Shown here: piece by piece, positions 49,585 through 61,805 of the stretch
Layout: each line of letters opens with the position of its first letter
Numbering within the stretch: the first letter of the stretch is position 1
DNA from: Eledone cirrhosa
Taxonomy: Eukaryota
Reading direction: 5' to 3'
NCBI GenBank assembly: GCA_964016885.1
Contig: OZ024743.1
Location: forward strand, 258,850,001 to 258,914,000
DNA length: 64,000 nucleotides
Notes under the pieces: generated by a model
Told to the model about the DNA's origin: nothing
What the model saw: the letters and a program-made list of their open reading frames with translations, nothing else
The model's database searches: none
Position numbers and translations under genes: made by a program

Positions 49585-50665
49585 TAAAACTACCTCCAAG
49601 GTAATATATATAAAACTACCTCCGGGGAATCTGTAATATATATAAAACTACCTCCGGGGAATCCGTAATATATATAAAACTACCTCCGGGGAATCTGTAA
49701 TATATATAAAACTACCTCCAGGGAATATGTAATATATATAAAACTACCTCCGGGGAATCTGTAATATATATAAAACTACCTCCGGGGAATCTGTAATATA
49801 TATAAAACTACCTCCGGGGAATATGTAATATATATAAAACTACCTCCAGGGTATCTGTAATTTATATAAAACTACCTCCAGGGAATATGTAATATATATA
49901 AAACTACCTCCAGGGAATCTAATATATATAAAACTACCTCCAGGGTATATGTAATATATATAAAACTACCTCCGGGGAATATGTAATATATATAAAACTA
50001 CCTCCGGGGAATCTGTAATTTATATCAAACTACCGCCAGGGAATCTGTAATATATATAAAACTACCTCCAGGGAATCTAATATATATAAAACTACCTCCG
50101 GGGAATCTGTAATATATATAAAACTACCTCCAGGGAATCTAATATATATAAAACTACCTCCGGGGAATCTGTAATATATATAAAACTACCTCCAGGGAAT
50201 CTGTAATATATATAAAACTACCTCCAGGGAATCTAATTTATATCAAACTACTGCCAGGGAATCTGTAATATATATAAAACTACCTCCAGGGAATCTAATA
50301 TATATAAAACTACCTCCAGGGAATCTGTAATATATATAAAACTACCTCCAGGGAATCTAATATATATAAAACTACCTCCAGGGAATCTGTAATATATATA
50401 AAACTACCACCAAAGTATATGTCATTTATATAAAACTACCTCCAGGGAATCTGTAATATATATAAAACTACCACTAAAGTATATGTCATTTATATAAAAC
50501 TACCTCCAGGGTATATGTAATATATATAAAACTACCACTAAAGTATATGTCATTTATATAAAACTACCTCCAGGGTATATGTAATTTATATAAAACTACC
50601 TCCAGAGTATATGTACTATATATAAAACTACCTTCAGGCTATACATAATATATATATAAAACTAT
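49585..50665. repeat. About 32-bp minisatellite (roughly 33 units)
   Basis: Unit TATATATAAAACTACCTCC(G/A)GGGAATCTGTAA with shorter variants; degenerates at the 3' end. Confidence 0.95.
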
Positions 50666-50669
50666 GTAC

Positions 50670-51288
50670 TGATGAAAGAGTCACTAAACCACAAGCTTCT
50701 GTCCCAAAAAGACAAAAATAAAAAGAAATCTACTCAGTTGGATTTCAGAATGAATCTGGCCCATCAACTAATCAGTGACTACTTTTACAAAAGAAAAAGG
50801 TCTTTGGAAGAAGTTCCTCAGCGCCAGGGTGCCATTCACTGGTCTGTAGACTTGGGGGGAAAAGGAAACTGACAAACAGTGTTCCATACAAAACAGAAGA
50901 GAACCAAAAACAGGATAGGAACATTATAATATGAACCTCTTCATTAACTGTTTCAAGCCATATCATCTTAAACATTTTCCTCAAATTAAGCAATCTTCCT
51001 AGTATGTGTTATTAATTAAAGGAAATATTGATTCATGATTTTTGCTAATATTTTATGATAAATATTGTTGATTTGATTTAATGTTTTGCAATAAATATCC
51101 TTTAGAAAATTCAGTTTTGAACCTTCACTAAAAATTTCAGGCATTTTGTTTTAATTATACACTTAAGAGTAGTTTTTGTCTGGGCATGTTAAATAATTAC
51201 CATTTTTCACTATTTGGCTTAGGGAATTAGTGTCATAGTATTGCTTAGGGCAGTAATCAAATGTGGCCGCCAGAGCCAAAAGAGTTAA
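50670..51288 (+). mobile_element. piggyBac-like transposase C-terminal remnant and right end
   Basis: TQLDFRMNLAHQLI motif, CF..YH-like remnant near 50948, terminus ...CCAAAAGAGTTAA ending in TTAA. Confidence 0.6.
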
Positions 51289-51792
51289 AATGAATATTTT
51301 TGCATGTAAATTAAAGGAAAATATCATCTGCATCATTATGATTTTATGGCATGGATTGGATGGGTTGTCACATTCTGAGAACAGACGGGTCAGATGAGGA
51401 CATTTTGCTCATGTTTCATTTTGGCTGAGTTTCTATGGCTGGATGCCCTTCCTCATTCTATACACATATATTTAAAGATTGTAGGTGTTCTAATTTACTT
51501 AATTGATAATTTGAAGTATGATTCTTATGTTTAGAAATAAGATTCTTATCTTTAAAAGATAGGAGACTTATTTTTAGGAGTTAATATTTTAAGGTAGTAA
51601 TTAGCCTAAATTAAAAAAATAATAACAATTAGCAGGCATTGAAATTAGCATATTAACTATTTGTAGCCCAATCTCGTGACCCTGTACAAAACAACACTAC
51701 TGAAATTTAGCCCCCCTCCCCCCAATCCCCCCACACACACATATACACACATGTAATATATTTGTGTGTAAATGTATGAATCTTTGTTGCAG

Positions 51793-51869
51793 CTATCACC
51801 ATGGCCAGTCGAGGATTAATACAGATTGTGAAGCAAATCAATCCCAACGTACTGCATAAAAAAGACCGG
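51793..51869 (+). CDS. SDAD1: SDA1 homolog exon 14 (AITMASRGLIQIVKQINPNVLHKKDR)
   Basis: TTGCAG acceptor, GTAAT donor, phase 1-0; NP..L.KKDR motif. Confidence 0.92.
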
Positions 51870-53313
51870 GTAATTTTATTACTGATTGATATTATTTTTT
51901 GTTTTTTACTATAACATTGATTCTACCCAATTCTTAAAAGTGAAATTAGGTAGATGGAACCTTTGTCATGGTAGGCCTCATTCCATACCAAGTTAGATCT
52001 TTCATGTCTATATTTCTAAAGGCATACACATCACTCTATTTCAGTTATTTAATGTAGAATTTTGAAGGATTTACTAAAAGCATTGGGACATCCATAAATA
52101 ATGCATTTTTTTAAAACTTCTTTTAATTAAAAAAATTAAGATAAATTGCACTTTTCAAAGCTTGCACTAAAAGTGAAGACAATGTGAATTTAGCACCTGC
52201 TTTGATAGCAAGTTTATGCAGGTGTTTATCCCCATTCCCTCTGACTTTTATTGTACTTGAAAAAAACCCCCATTATTTAAGAGGTGACTCAATAATTATT
52301 TTATTACTATAATAGTAATTTAACATATTATTCTTATATAAAATTATCTTAGAAGATTTTAATTTGAATAGGAACACTTGAAAATAGGTGGTTTTGTTTC
52401 ATAGAACCAGTTTTGGCCAGTTTAGTATCAAAAGGGTTAAATGGCATCATGTTGCTGTTTGGTGTCTTTAGTGGAGAATTCTGACCAAATTTCAAGTTAA
52501 GATCTTTCTTTTACCAGTTCCAGAATCCCTACAAAGTTTATGGTTGTTCCTTTTCTACTTGTTACTTTTAATTCATAGTAAAAAGAAATAATAGTTTCAT
52601 AAGCAGGACATTGTAGTGAACTGAAAAAAATAAATTTACAATTCACACCTATGCAGGTTTAGTTCACCTGTAAGGTTTAACCTCATAGGAAGTTTCTCAG
52701 GTGTTTTAATGATGGGGCTCCAGTCCTGTCATGTAAAACAAAGCATCTTGCCCAAGAATACAAGGTGCCACCTGGTCCAGAAATTGAACCTACAACCTTT
52801 GAGATTGTGCACTTTCATACTAGTAGCAATAGAAGAGACAGCAGTTAGTTGTGTAATATCTCATTAATTTATTAAAAATAAAACATGGATGATGATCACT
52901 GGGTGAAGAAGTACCAGAAAATCCCAGTGGAGGGAAGCCACAGTGGAGGTAGACCAAGGAAGACCTGAGCAGAGGTGGTGAGAACTGATCTCAAATCACT
53001 GAGACTCCTAAACGAGATGATGAAGGAATGCAGTGAGTGGAGAGATGCTATGCTGAAAGGACCCGTCCAACCCATGTAAGAATGGAAAAGGGGATATAAA
53101 AATGATGATGAAAACAAGACAGTCTATTCAAGTAGCTAATGTTGATATACAGGTAGCTAATATTGATATATAGGGAGCTGATATTGCTTTACAGGTAGCT
53201 AATGTTGCTATACAGGTAATTAATGTTGCTATACAGGTAGTTAATATTGTTATACAGGTAACTAATATTGCTATAAAGGTAGCTAATGTTGCTATACTAT
53301 CTGCTCTTTGCAG

Positions 53314-53449
53314 GGTAGATTGACTGAAGCTATGCAAGAATCCGAACTACCATCTTATGGAGACCTTCAAGCTAAAACTTACCTGCCTGGGGCTGAAGTT
53401 TTGCTTGAAGCAGCAGACAATACAAATAAGAAAGAAGATGGTGAAACTG
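53314..53449 (+). CDS. SDAD1: SDA1 homolog exon 15 (GRLTEAMQESELPSYGDLQAKTYLPGAEVL...DGET)
   Basis: TTTGCAG acceptor, GTAAGT donor, phase 0-1; YG.L.AK.Y.PGAEVL motif. Confidence 0.92.
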
Positions 53450-53938
53450 GTAAGTTGAATGTTTGGTATTTACATTGCAATAAGCAGTAAATTGAGAGAG
53501 ATAATAGAGCACTGGACTGAGTCATGCAGTAAGTTAAAATCTCACTAGAGTTATTTTAGCTTTTCATTCCTCCATGGTTTGATAAAATAAGTACCACTAA
53601 GATACTGCTATCTCTGCAATTAACTGTACATTTTCTTTTCAAGGATTGGTCTTGTGATTTTTATTTATAATATGTTCCATAGACCAGTTGCTGCCAAACT
53701 TATTTTGTTGTGGAATTCTTACATGATTTTCCATATATTATGGAAGCCATACATGGAGAATTTCCCTCTCATTCCATTTTCTCTAAAACATTAAATGAAA
53801 CAAAATATTTGTGGAAGAATGTATCGATATATATATATATATATATTATAAAGAGCCATACTTTACTACTCCAAGTAATGGTCTAACCAGTTTCAAATTG
53901 GTTCTATCCTTATTTACGCACACACACACACACATATA

Positions 53939-55536
53939 CAGTGCCCCGCAAAAGTTTACAACACATTAGGAAAAATGCGGTTTTAGGTATTTTTAATAAA
54001 GTTAGGGTAATGAAAATGTAACTACTGATAGAACATATAATGAGGCATCTAATGATACAATCATATTTAAAAAAAAATAACAAGGAAATAACTCATGAAG
54101 AAAAATCAATATTTTTATAACGCAAAAGTTTACAACACATTTTATATTTATCGCTTTTTTTCAAGAAAATTCTTAAATTTTCAGATTTAAAATTCACTAG
54201 AATGTTCTAGATTAGGTTTAAGGTAACTTCTAAGGACAATTAAAAACATTACGTCATTATTTGTCTGACAACCATCCTGTAAACATTGACAATATGGGGA
54301 AAAAATAAACTGATTGATCAAGACCTCCATAAACGCATTGTAGACCTTCATACAAATAGTGTTGGTTATAGAAAGATATCTTGTCAGTTAAATGTGCCAT
54401 TGAGTTCAGTTGGTACTATAATTCGTCACTGGAAATCTCATCATTCCATCTGTCCTCTAATTAGTTCTGGTCGTCCTAGAAAGATAACGGAACGTGCAGC
54501 TCGGTTATTGACGAGAAAGGTTGGCAACGAACCCCGGTGTACTCTTAAAAATCTTTAGGATGACCTAGAAGGAAGTGGAGTAAAAGTGAGCACAGATACA
54601 ATTAGTCATTCACTACATCGATATGATATCTTCTCAAGGTCTCCAAGGAAAACACCACTTCTTATGAGGAAACACGTTCTTCGTTGATTAAACTTTGCAA
54701 ATGAGCATCTCATCAAACTTGCGTCATTTTGGGAAGATGTACTTTGGTCAGACGAAACAAAAATTGAACTTTTTTGGTCGAAATGCAGTGGCAAAAGTCT
54801 GGAGAAAGAAAGGTACTGAATATTCGCTGAAGAATACTATTCCAACTGTAAAATTTGGAGGTGGATCAGTCATGGTCTGGGGTTCCTTTAGTGCCACAGG
54901 TGTAGGAAATATTGAAATAATAGAAGGAAGAATGGATGGCGCTTATTATAGAGGTATTTTGCAAAGGAATTTACATCAAAGTGCACATTCTCTCAGCTTA
55001 AAGCCAGTTTGGTTTTATTCAACAAGATAACGATCCAAAGCATACTGCAAAGCTAACACAATCTTGGTTAAGTACGAATGGAACAAATATTCTAAAATGG
55101 CCAAGTCAGTCTCCAGATCTTAACCTGATCGAAAATTTGTGGAGAGAACTGAAACTCAGAATTCAAAAAAGGAAACCCCAAAATATCCCTGAACTAAAGA
55201 AAATTTGTTGTGAAGAATGGATAAATATTAGCCAAGAAACATGCAAGAAGTTTGTAGGAGGCTACTCCAAATGCCTACAGGCTGTGATTAGCAACAAAGG
55301 TTATGCTACGAAATATTAAGATATGATTTAATAAATGTGTTGTAAACTTTTGCATTATAAAAATATTGATTTTTCTTCATGAGTTATTTCCTTGTTATTT
55401 TTTTAAAAATATGATTGTATCATTAAATGCCTCATTATATGTTCTATCAGTAGTTAAATTTTCATTACCCTAACTTTATTAAAAATACCTAAAAGCGCAT
55501 TTTTCCTAATGTGTTGTAAACTTTTGCGGGGCACTG
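53939..55536 (+). mobile_element. Full-length, pseudogenised Tc1 (DD34E) transposon with IR/DR-type ~210-bp TIRs
   Basis: CAGTGCCCCGCAAAAGTTTACAACACATT...AATGTGTTGTAAACTTTTGCGGGGCACTG with TA on both sides and an inner direct repeat at 54121. Transposase 54294-55319 has WSDETK, QQDNDPKH, SPDLNLIENLW, plus frameshifts and a stop. Confidence 0.95.
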
Positions 55537-55698
55537 TATATAAAGATATAGATGTGGAATTCTAATGCTTTTCCAAATTTTGTGGAACCCTTACCTGTAT
55601 TTCATGGAGTATTCCCCCCTCACCTAATTTTCTTTAAAGCATTAAATGAAACAAAAATTTTTTTTTGTGGGAGAATGTATTTATTTATATATATATAT

Positions 55699-55830
55699 AT
55701 AGGAAAAGAATCAGGACCTCGACAGCTGAGCTCTGGCTGTTTCGACATCCAGATCCAAACTCGATCTGAGTTCGGATCTGGCTGTCAAATGGCCGGAGCT
55801 CAGCCATCGGGGTCCTGACTCTTTTCCTAT
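55699..55830. repeat. About 130-bp GC-rich palindrome / hairpin (MITE-like)
   Basis: ATAGGAAAAGAATCAGGACC...AACTC-gatct-GAGTT...GGTCCTGACTCTTTTCCTAT with ~63-bp arms. Confidence 0.85.
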
Positions 55831-55907
55831 TACCCACTCTATAACATAAGTATCGAGTACTCTGGTGCGTTATGGTCCACCTGCTTTCTTACCACACTTT
55901 CTTAGTT

Positions 55908-57127
55908 ATCATCATCATCACGTTTAACGTCCGTGTTCCACGCTTGCATGGGTTTGGACGGGGGTATTTCCCACTTGAGGCAAGAGTGATTGTCTTGCTC
56001 GCATAGGAATGTCTGGCGGGTTTTCTACAGCTGGATGCCCTTCCTAACACCAACCACATTTACAATGTGGGGCACATTTACAGTGTGGGGCTGGGAGGTT
56101 TTTTACCGTGTTGCCTACACGGCCACATTACAGCGTGGACTGTGTGTTTTTTTGTCGTGACACCTACACGATCTCATTTGTTTTGGCCTGGATGTTGTGG
56201 CACCAACATAACTTTACATTGAAAGGGGCGGTGTGGATGGGGTGGTGGTGGTGGGACGGGGGTGTATTTTGTTAGAGATGCCTACTGACTGTAGTAGGTT
56301 TTACTTTGTATTTAGGTAAGGCGGGTCTTCTCTATTACTGAGTACCGTCAAAGATCTCGGTCCAGTGACATTGTCTTGGAGAGGTGTAAGTGTGTGAGGT
56401 CGGAATTTATCAGCTCGTCCCAGGTTTTTCTGGGTCTGCCTACTCCGTGGCTACTGTCTATCTTTATTGCCCTGCACTTTGTTATACAGCTATCGTCTTT
56501 CATGCACATCACGTGACCATACCAACTTAGCCTTCTTTCGAGTAAACAACATCTGATCCCTCTTATTTCTAATTTTTTCCTTAGTTCGTTTAGGCTTTGT
56601 CGTTCACGTATATTACTATTACACATCCAGCGGAGCATGCAAGCTTCGTTCCTCTCTAGTCTGCGTATATCCTCTGCACACAATGCCCAGGTCTCACTGC
56701 CATGCAACATTGCTGTTCGTATGCAGGCATCATACAACCTGCCTTTCATTTTTAGGGAGAACCCTTTAGCGGCTAATAGTGGTATAAGCTCTCTGAACTT
56801 TTTCCATCCAGTTCTGACTCTAGCTACTGTACTTTCAGAGCACCCTCGCCACTGCTGATTTTGTCGCCCAGGTAACGGAAGCTGTCCACTATTTCTATAG
56901 AACCCTCTGCGCAGTTGAAAGAGCTAGTATTTTGTGGGCACTTGCTGCACCAGAGCACCGGCCACATGTAAAATCTATGTTCTTAGTTAGCTTACCTGTG
57001 ATCCCACTACATCTTTTATGCACCCATACTTTGCATTTGGGACACAAAATGGAGTTTCTACCTACGCCTTTCCTACACACTGAGCATGGCCACTTCCCGG
57101 AAGGGACCGCCGCCTTATTTTCTTTCT
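55908..57127 (-). mobile_element. 5'-truncated RTE-clade LINE with PHD-like finger (inverted relative to 48200-49465)
   Basis: ORFs 56895..57080 and 56348..56749; highly similar to the 48200-49465 copy. Confidence 0.9.
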
Positions 57128-57154
57128 ATATATATATATATATATATATATATG

Positions 57155-57480
57155 GGTGATGTGTTGTCAGACCGGATGATGTGTTGTTTCCTTGACACTT
57201 TATTTCACATTGCTCCAGTTTACTCAGCTATAGAAATGAGATGATAGGACTGGGGTTCCTATCATTCCACTGCTAAGTGCTCGTGGAGGTGCCACAGCAA
57301 AAAAGCACTCAGCCCACACTGTAAAGTGGACGTGTAGGCGTCATGGAAGAAAAAGCACCCAGCACTCACTGTAAATGAGGTTGGTGTTAGGAGGGGCATC
57401 CAGCTGTAGAAATCAAGCCAGATTCAGTTTCCCGTCCCACCCTTGCAAGCAGGGAAAAGTGGACGTAAAATGATGATGAT
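57155..57480 (+). mobile_element. 5'-truncated SINE family A copy
   Basis: Same central domain and RTE-type tail as 42-390. Confidence 0.7.
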
Positions 57481-58511
57481 GGTAGAGTGTCAGATAACAT
57501 GCTTTGTGGCATATAGTTGCGTCTCTTTACATTCTGAGTTCCATTCCCGCAAAGGTTAGCTTTGCCCTTCATCCTTATGGGGTTGATAAAATAAAGAGGG
57601 TCATTGATAAAATAAAGAGGGCTGATAAAATAAAGAGGGTCGATTTAACCGACTTTCCCCTCCACCAAAATTGCTGGCCTTGTGCTTAAATCAGAAATCA
57701 ATATTATTATGATTATTAGGGTGGTGGATAGGCAGTATCGGTAGAGTATCGGACAACATGCTTTGCGGCATATAGTTACATCCCTTTTCGTACTGAGTTC
57801 AAATCCTGCCATGGTTAGCTTTGCCTTTCATCCTTACAAGTCAATAAAATAAAGTACCAGGAAAGTACTGCGGTCGATTTCATTGACTTTCCCCTGCCCC
57901 CAAATTGTTGGCCTTGTGCCTAAATCAGAAATTATTATTGTTGCTATTAGCAATTATCATTGTTATTGTTGTTAATATTGGCACTGTTGTCACTGTAGTT
58001 ATGGTAATAAAATGACCACAGTTTCTGTTGAACCCAGAAAGGGTTAAAGCTGGAACAATAAATATTTAGTGACCATAATGATGGCAACAGGAATATGCAA
58101 TGACACAGAGATAAAGGACTATGGTGAAAATATAAAAAGACTGAATGTTTTATAACCATGATCTTGACAAAAGAGATAAAGCTTAATTAGAAATATACCT
58201 CATACATTAGCTGTCAACACTTAAATTAATCAAGACATCCTAGATTTTATGGAATCTATCAATGAGAAAATAGGTACCAATACCCCCCACCGACTTCTGT
58301 CCACACCACCCTTACACTGCAAAGTTATATTGGTATCATAAAAGCATTCATCCCACACTCTAAATTGGTTGTGTAGGAGTCCCGACAAAAAACACCCAGC
58401 ACACACTGTAAATGTGGTTGGCATTAGGAAGGGCATCTGGCCAGAGATCTAGCCAGAAACAATCCTATATGAGCAAGACACGGTCACTTGATGGTGTCTG
58501 TTAGAAGCAAG

Positions 58512-58565
58512 GGGGATAACGTCTATGCATTTCAGGCTTGACTGGCCTTCGTCAGGACGGTCCCT
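58512..58565 (-). ncRNA. Minimal type I hammerhead motif, left arm of an inverted pair
   Basis: Minus strand reads GGGAC-CGTC-CTGACGA-AGGC-cagtcaa-GCCT-GAAA-TGCA-TA-GACG-tta-TCCC. Confidence 0.8.
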
Positions 58566-58706
58566 CCCACTGCTGGAAAACAGTCGAGAATATATGGTTT
58601 TCTCGTCTGTAAATGAGGTGCTTAATCTCATCTTATAGATGAGATTAAGATGAGAAAACTATATATTCTCGACTGTTTTCAAGTCCAGCAGTAGCAAGCG
58701 GTGGGA

Positions 58707-58760
58707 GGGACTGTCCTGACGAAGGCCAGTCAAGCCTGAAATGCATAAACGGTTGTCCCC
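58707..58760 (+). ncRNA. Minimal type I hammerhead motif, right arm of the inverted pair (stem I mismatch)
   Basis: TGTC-CTGACGA-AGGC-cagtcaa-GCCT-GAAA-TGCA-TA-AACG; the first stem I pair is a C-A mismatch. Confidence 0.7.
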
Positions 58761-60438
58761 CTTGCTTATGCTCACCAGAGGGCGTTAGCCCCCGGTGTTT
58801 GCATAGCTACAGCTTCCTAAAACCGTATTTCTTTAGAAATACAAAATTTCTATACGTATTGTATAAAGCTATGCTTGAAGTGAAATCTTATTTCTTTTAT
58901 ATATATCATCATCATCACCATTTTACGTCCGTTCTTCCACGCTAGCATGGGTTAGACGGGTTGTCCTGTTGTGGGCAGTGTCCGGTCGGCTGACCTCGTC
59001 TTGCTCATACGGAAACTGATTCTGGCTTGATTTCTACAGCTGGATGCCCTTCCTAACACCAACCTCATTTACAGTGTGGGCTGGGTGCTTTTTTGCCGTG
59101 GCACCTCCACGACCACTTTGCAGTGGGAGGGTGTGGGGGCATATTGTCTATATGCTTCAGCTTATGTATATGTATATATGCTACACTCTTGAAAAGGTTT
59201 GCTGAACATACATACAGATAATGTCTAGTTTGAAATATATTGCGCATAGATAGAAAACACTAGTCTAGGATGCCACACAGTGTGGCTGAACCCACAACTT
59301 TGTGGTTGTGAAGCAAACTCCTTAACTACAAACTTGTGTCTGCAACAATGTATATATATTTCTAAAATTTTGTTTGAAGTAGTTTTATTTTTTGTTTGTT
59401 CCATACCACTCTGTATATTAACAAGCTTCTATTCAGAAGACACTTCAAATATAGTTGCAGTATTGAATTTTATTAATAAAATTAAGTACAGAAACATTTC
59501 TTAAAATAGAGTATTTTAGAAAATATCAAATAACTGAAAGCAACTATTAAATGTTCAAGAATCTCTATATATCAGTTTGTTTTTAGTTCTGTGTATTCTC
59601 AAAGATTAATAATTAATATTCTGACTGCATCTGTGAAAACATTGAGCTGAAGTAAAATGATGTACATCATCATCAGTATCATCATAGTCTGCTTTCCATG
59701 CTGGCATGGGTTGGACAGAGTGTCATGCTCTGAGACTAGATTGGCTGGATAACCAAGTCTACCGCATATGTTTTATATTTGGCTGGTTTCTAGAGCTGGA
59801 TACCTTTCCTAACACCATTTACTTTACAGAGTGTATTGGTTGAATTTTATTGTGGCACCAACACTACCACCTTAAAAGGTATACTAGGTGCATTTTATCA
59901 TGGCAACAGCACTACCACCTTACAAGGTGGGCTAGGTGCTTTTTATTTTGTCACCAATGTTAACACTTTACAAGTGTACATAGTGTATTGTATCATGGCA
60001 CCAGCACTACCACTTTATGGAGTGTACTGGGTGCATTTTATTGTGGCACCAGCACTATCACTACAGAGTGTACTAGGTGCATTTTATCATGGAATCAGCA
60101 CTACCACTTTACAGAGTGTACTGAGTGCATTTTATTGTGGCACCAACATTACCACTTTACAGAGTGTACTGAGTGCATTTTATTGTGGCACCTGGACTAT
60201 CACTTTATAGAGTGTACTGAGGGCATTTTATTGTGGCACCTGGACTATCACTTTATAGAGTGTACTGAGGGCATTTTATTGTGGCACCTGGACTATCACT
60301 TTATAGAATGTACTGAGGCCATTTTATTGTGGCACCAGCACTATCACTACAGTGTATTGAGTACTTTTTTTATTGTGGCATCAGTACAGCCACTTTACAG
60401 TCATTTTGTTATTTGAGTATTCTTGTATTTTTTGGTAG

Positions 60439-60689
60439 AAACTAATGAGGTAACAGAAAAAACAACAACAACAGCAACAGATGAGGAAAAGAAACAAACA
60501 GAAAAGGATGATGAAGCTGATGATGAAGAAGAAGATGATGATGATGATGAGGCTGTGGAGAAGTCAGAAGGAGATAGTGACAATGATGGTTGGGAAACTT
60601 GCAGCAGTGAAGAAATTGAAGAAGGAGAAGAAGATGGCGAATGGATAGATGTGGTTGAAACAACAAAAGAAGGAGGAGGAGAGTCCACT
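60439..60689 (+). CDS. SDAD1: SDA1 homolog exon 16, acidic region (...DGWETCSSEE...DGEWIDV...EST)
   Basis: TTTGGTAG acceptor, GTAAGT donor, phase 1-0; DGWE and DGEWIDV motifs of SDAD1. Confidence 0.88.
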
Positions 60690-61557
60690 GTAAGTTATGA
60701 CTGAATATCTTTCCTATTTATCTCATCTTCAATGATGTGGGTTAACACATGTCTATTCCTACCCTCTCATTACTTATCTAGGAACACTTCCAATGATTTG
60801 GATAAACACTTGTTTATTCTTATTCTTGCCTTTTTCATCTAGGAACTTGGTTGTTTACCAGTATACTCTGCAAAGTGGTAATACCGGTGCCATGATAAAA
60901 TGCCCACTGTAAAATGGTTGTGGTGGTGCAATGATAAAATACACCCTGTACACTTTGTAATGGGTTAGTGCTGGTGCCACAATAAAATACACCCTGTACA
61001 CTTTGTAATGGGTTAGTGCTGGTGCCACAATAAAATACACCCTGTACACTTTGTAATGGGTTAGTGCTGGTGTTATGATAAAATACACTCTCTCCACTAT
61101 GTAAGGTGGTAGTGCTAGTGTCATATAAATATGTAATAGACATTTTGTTACAAAACAGTCCCTATCAGTTTTCTAAATCATTTTGTTTTCATTTATATGT
61201 CATACACTCTATGACAGGTGTCTCAAACATGTGGCCCATAAACTACTTTATATGGCCTGAACAAAGGAAAATTTGAAGTGAAAAATTTGTTCACCTATAT
61301 TTTGTACTAATTCACATATCCCACTTAACTATCATATGCCAAAGATGGAATGAATGCATGTAAGCAAGATGTGGAGTCCTGGCCCATTGATGAAAGGTTT
61401 GTAATTATGATTAAGTCCTGACTTAGTTCATGATGGACACATCCAGCTCATGTCAGCATAGATAAATGGATGTTAAATAATGATGATGATGATGGTGGTG
61501 ATGATGACGAAGATGATGATATTGATTGATTGATTAATATTTTTTTTTTACTTACAG

Positions 61558-61805
61558 GTATCTGAAGTTCCAAAAGAACCTGGAACAAAAAAGAAAAAGG
61601 TAACTTTTTCAAAGACAAAGGTTTTAGTGAAGCAGGAACTTGAAAAGAAGAAGGAATCTGCTATGCTTGTATCAGATCAAAGGATCTTTACAGAGGTAGA
61701 TTTTGAGAAGATCAACCATGCCTTGGTGAAGAAACAGTTGGATCCTATACAGAAGCACAAGAGAAAACGTGCTGACGAAGCTCTTGAGAAAGAACTTGGT
61801 CCAAG
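61558..61805 (+). CDS. SDAD1: SDA1 homolog exon 17 (VSEVPKEP...RIFTEVDFEKI...KELGP); gene continues beyond the window
   Basis: Poly-T + ACAG acceptor, GTTAGT donor, phase 0-2; R..T..DF.KI motif; no stop codon reached. Confidence 0.9.

Noticed and set aside
59836-60416. 16-aa repeat proteins (FYHGTSTTTLQSVLGA), also at 37810-38119 and 60835-61143
   Set aside because: They arise from 48-bp retroposon-tail tandem repeats present on either strand in introns.
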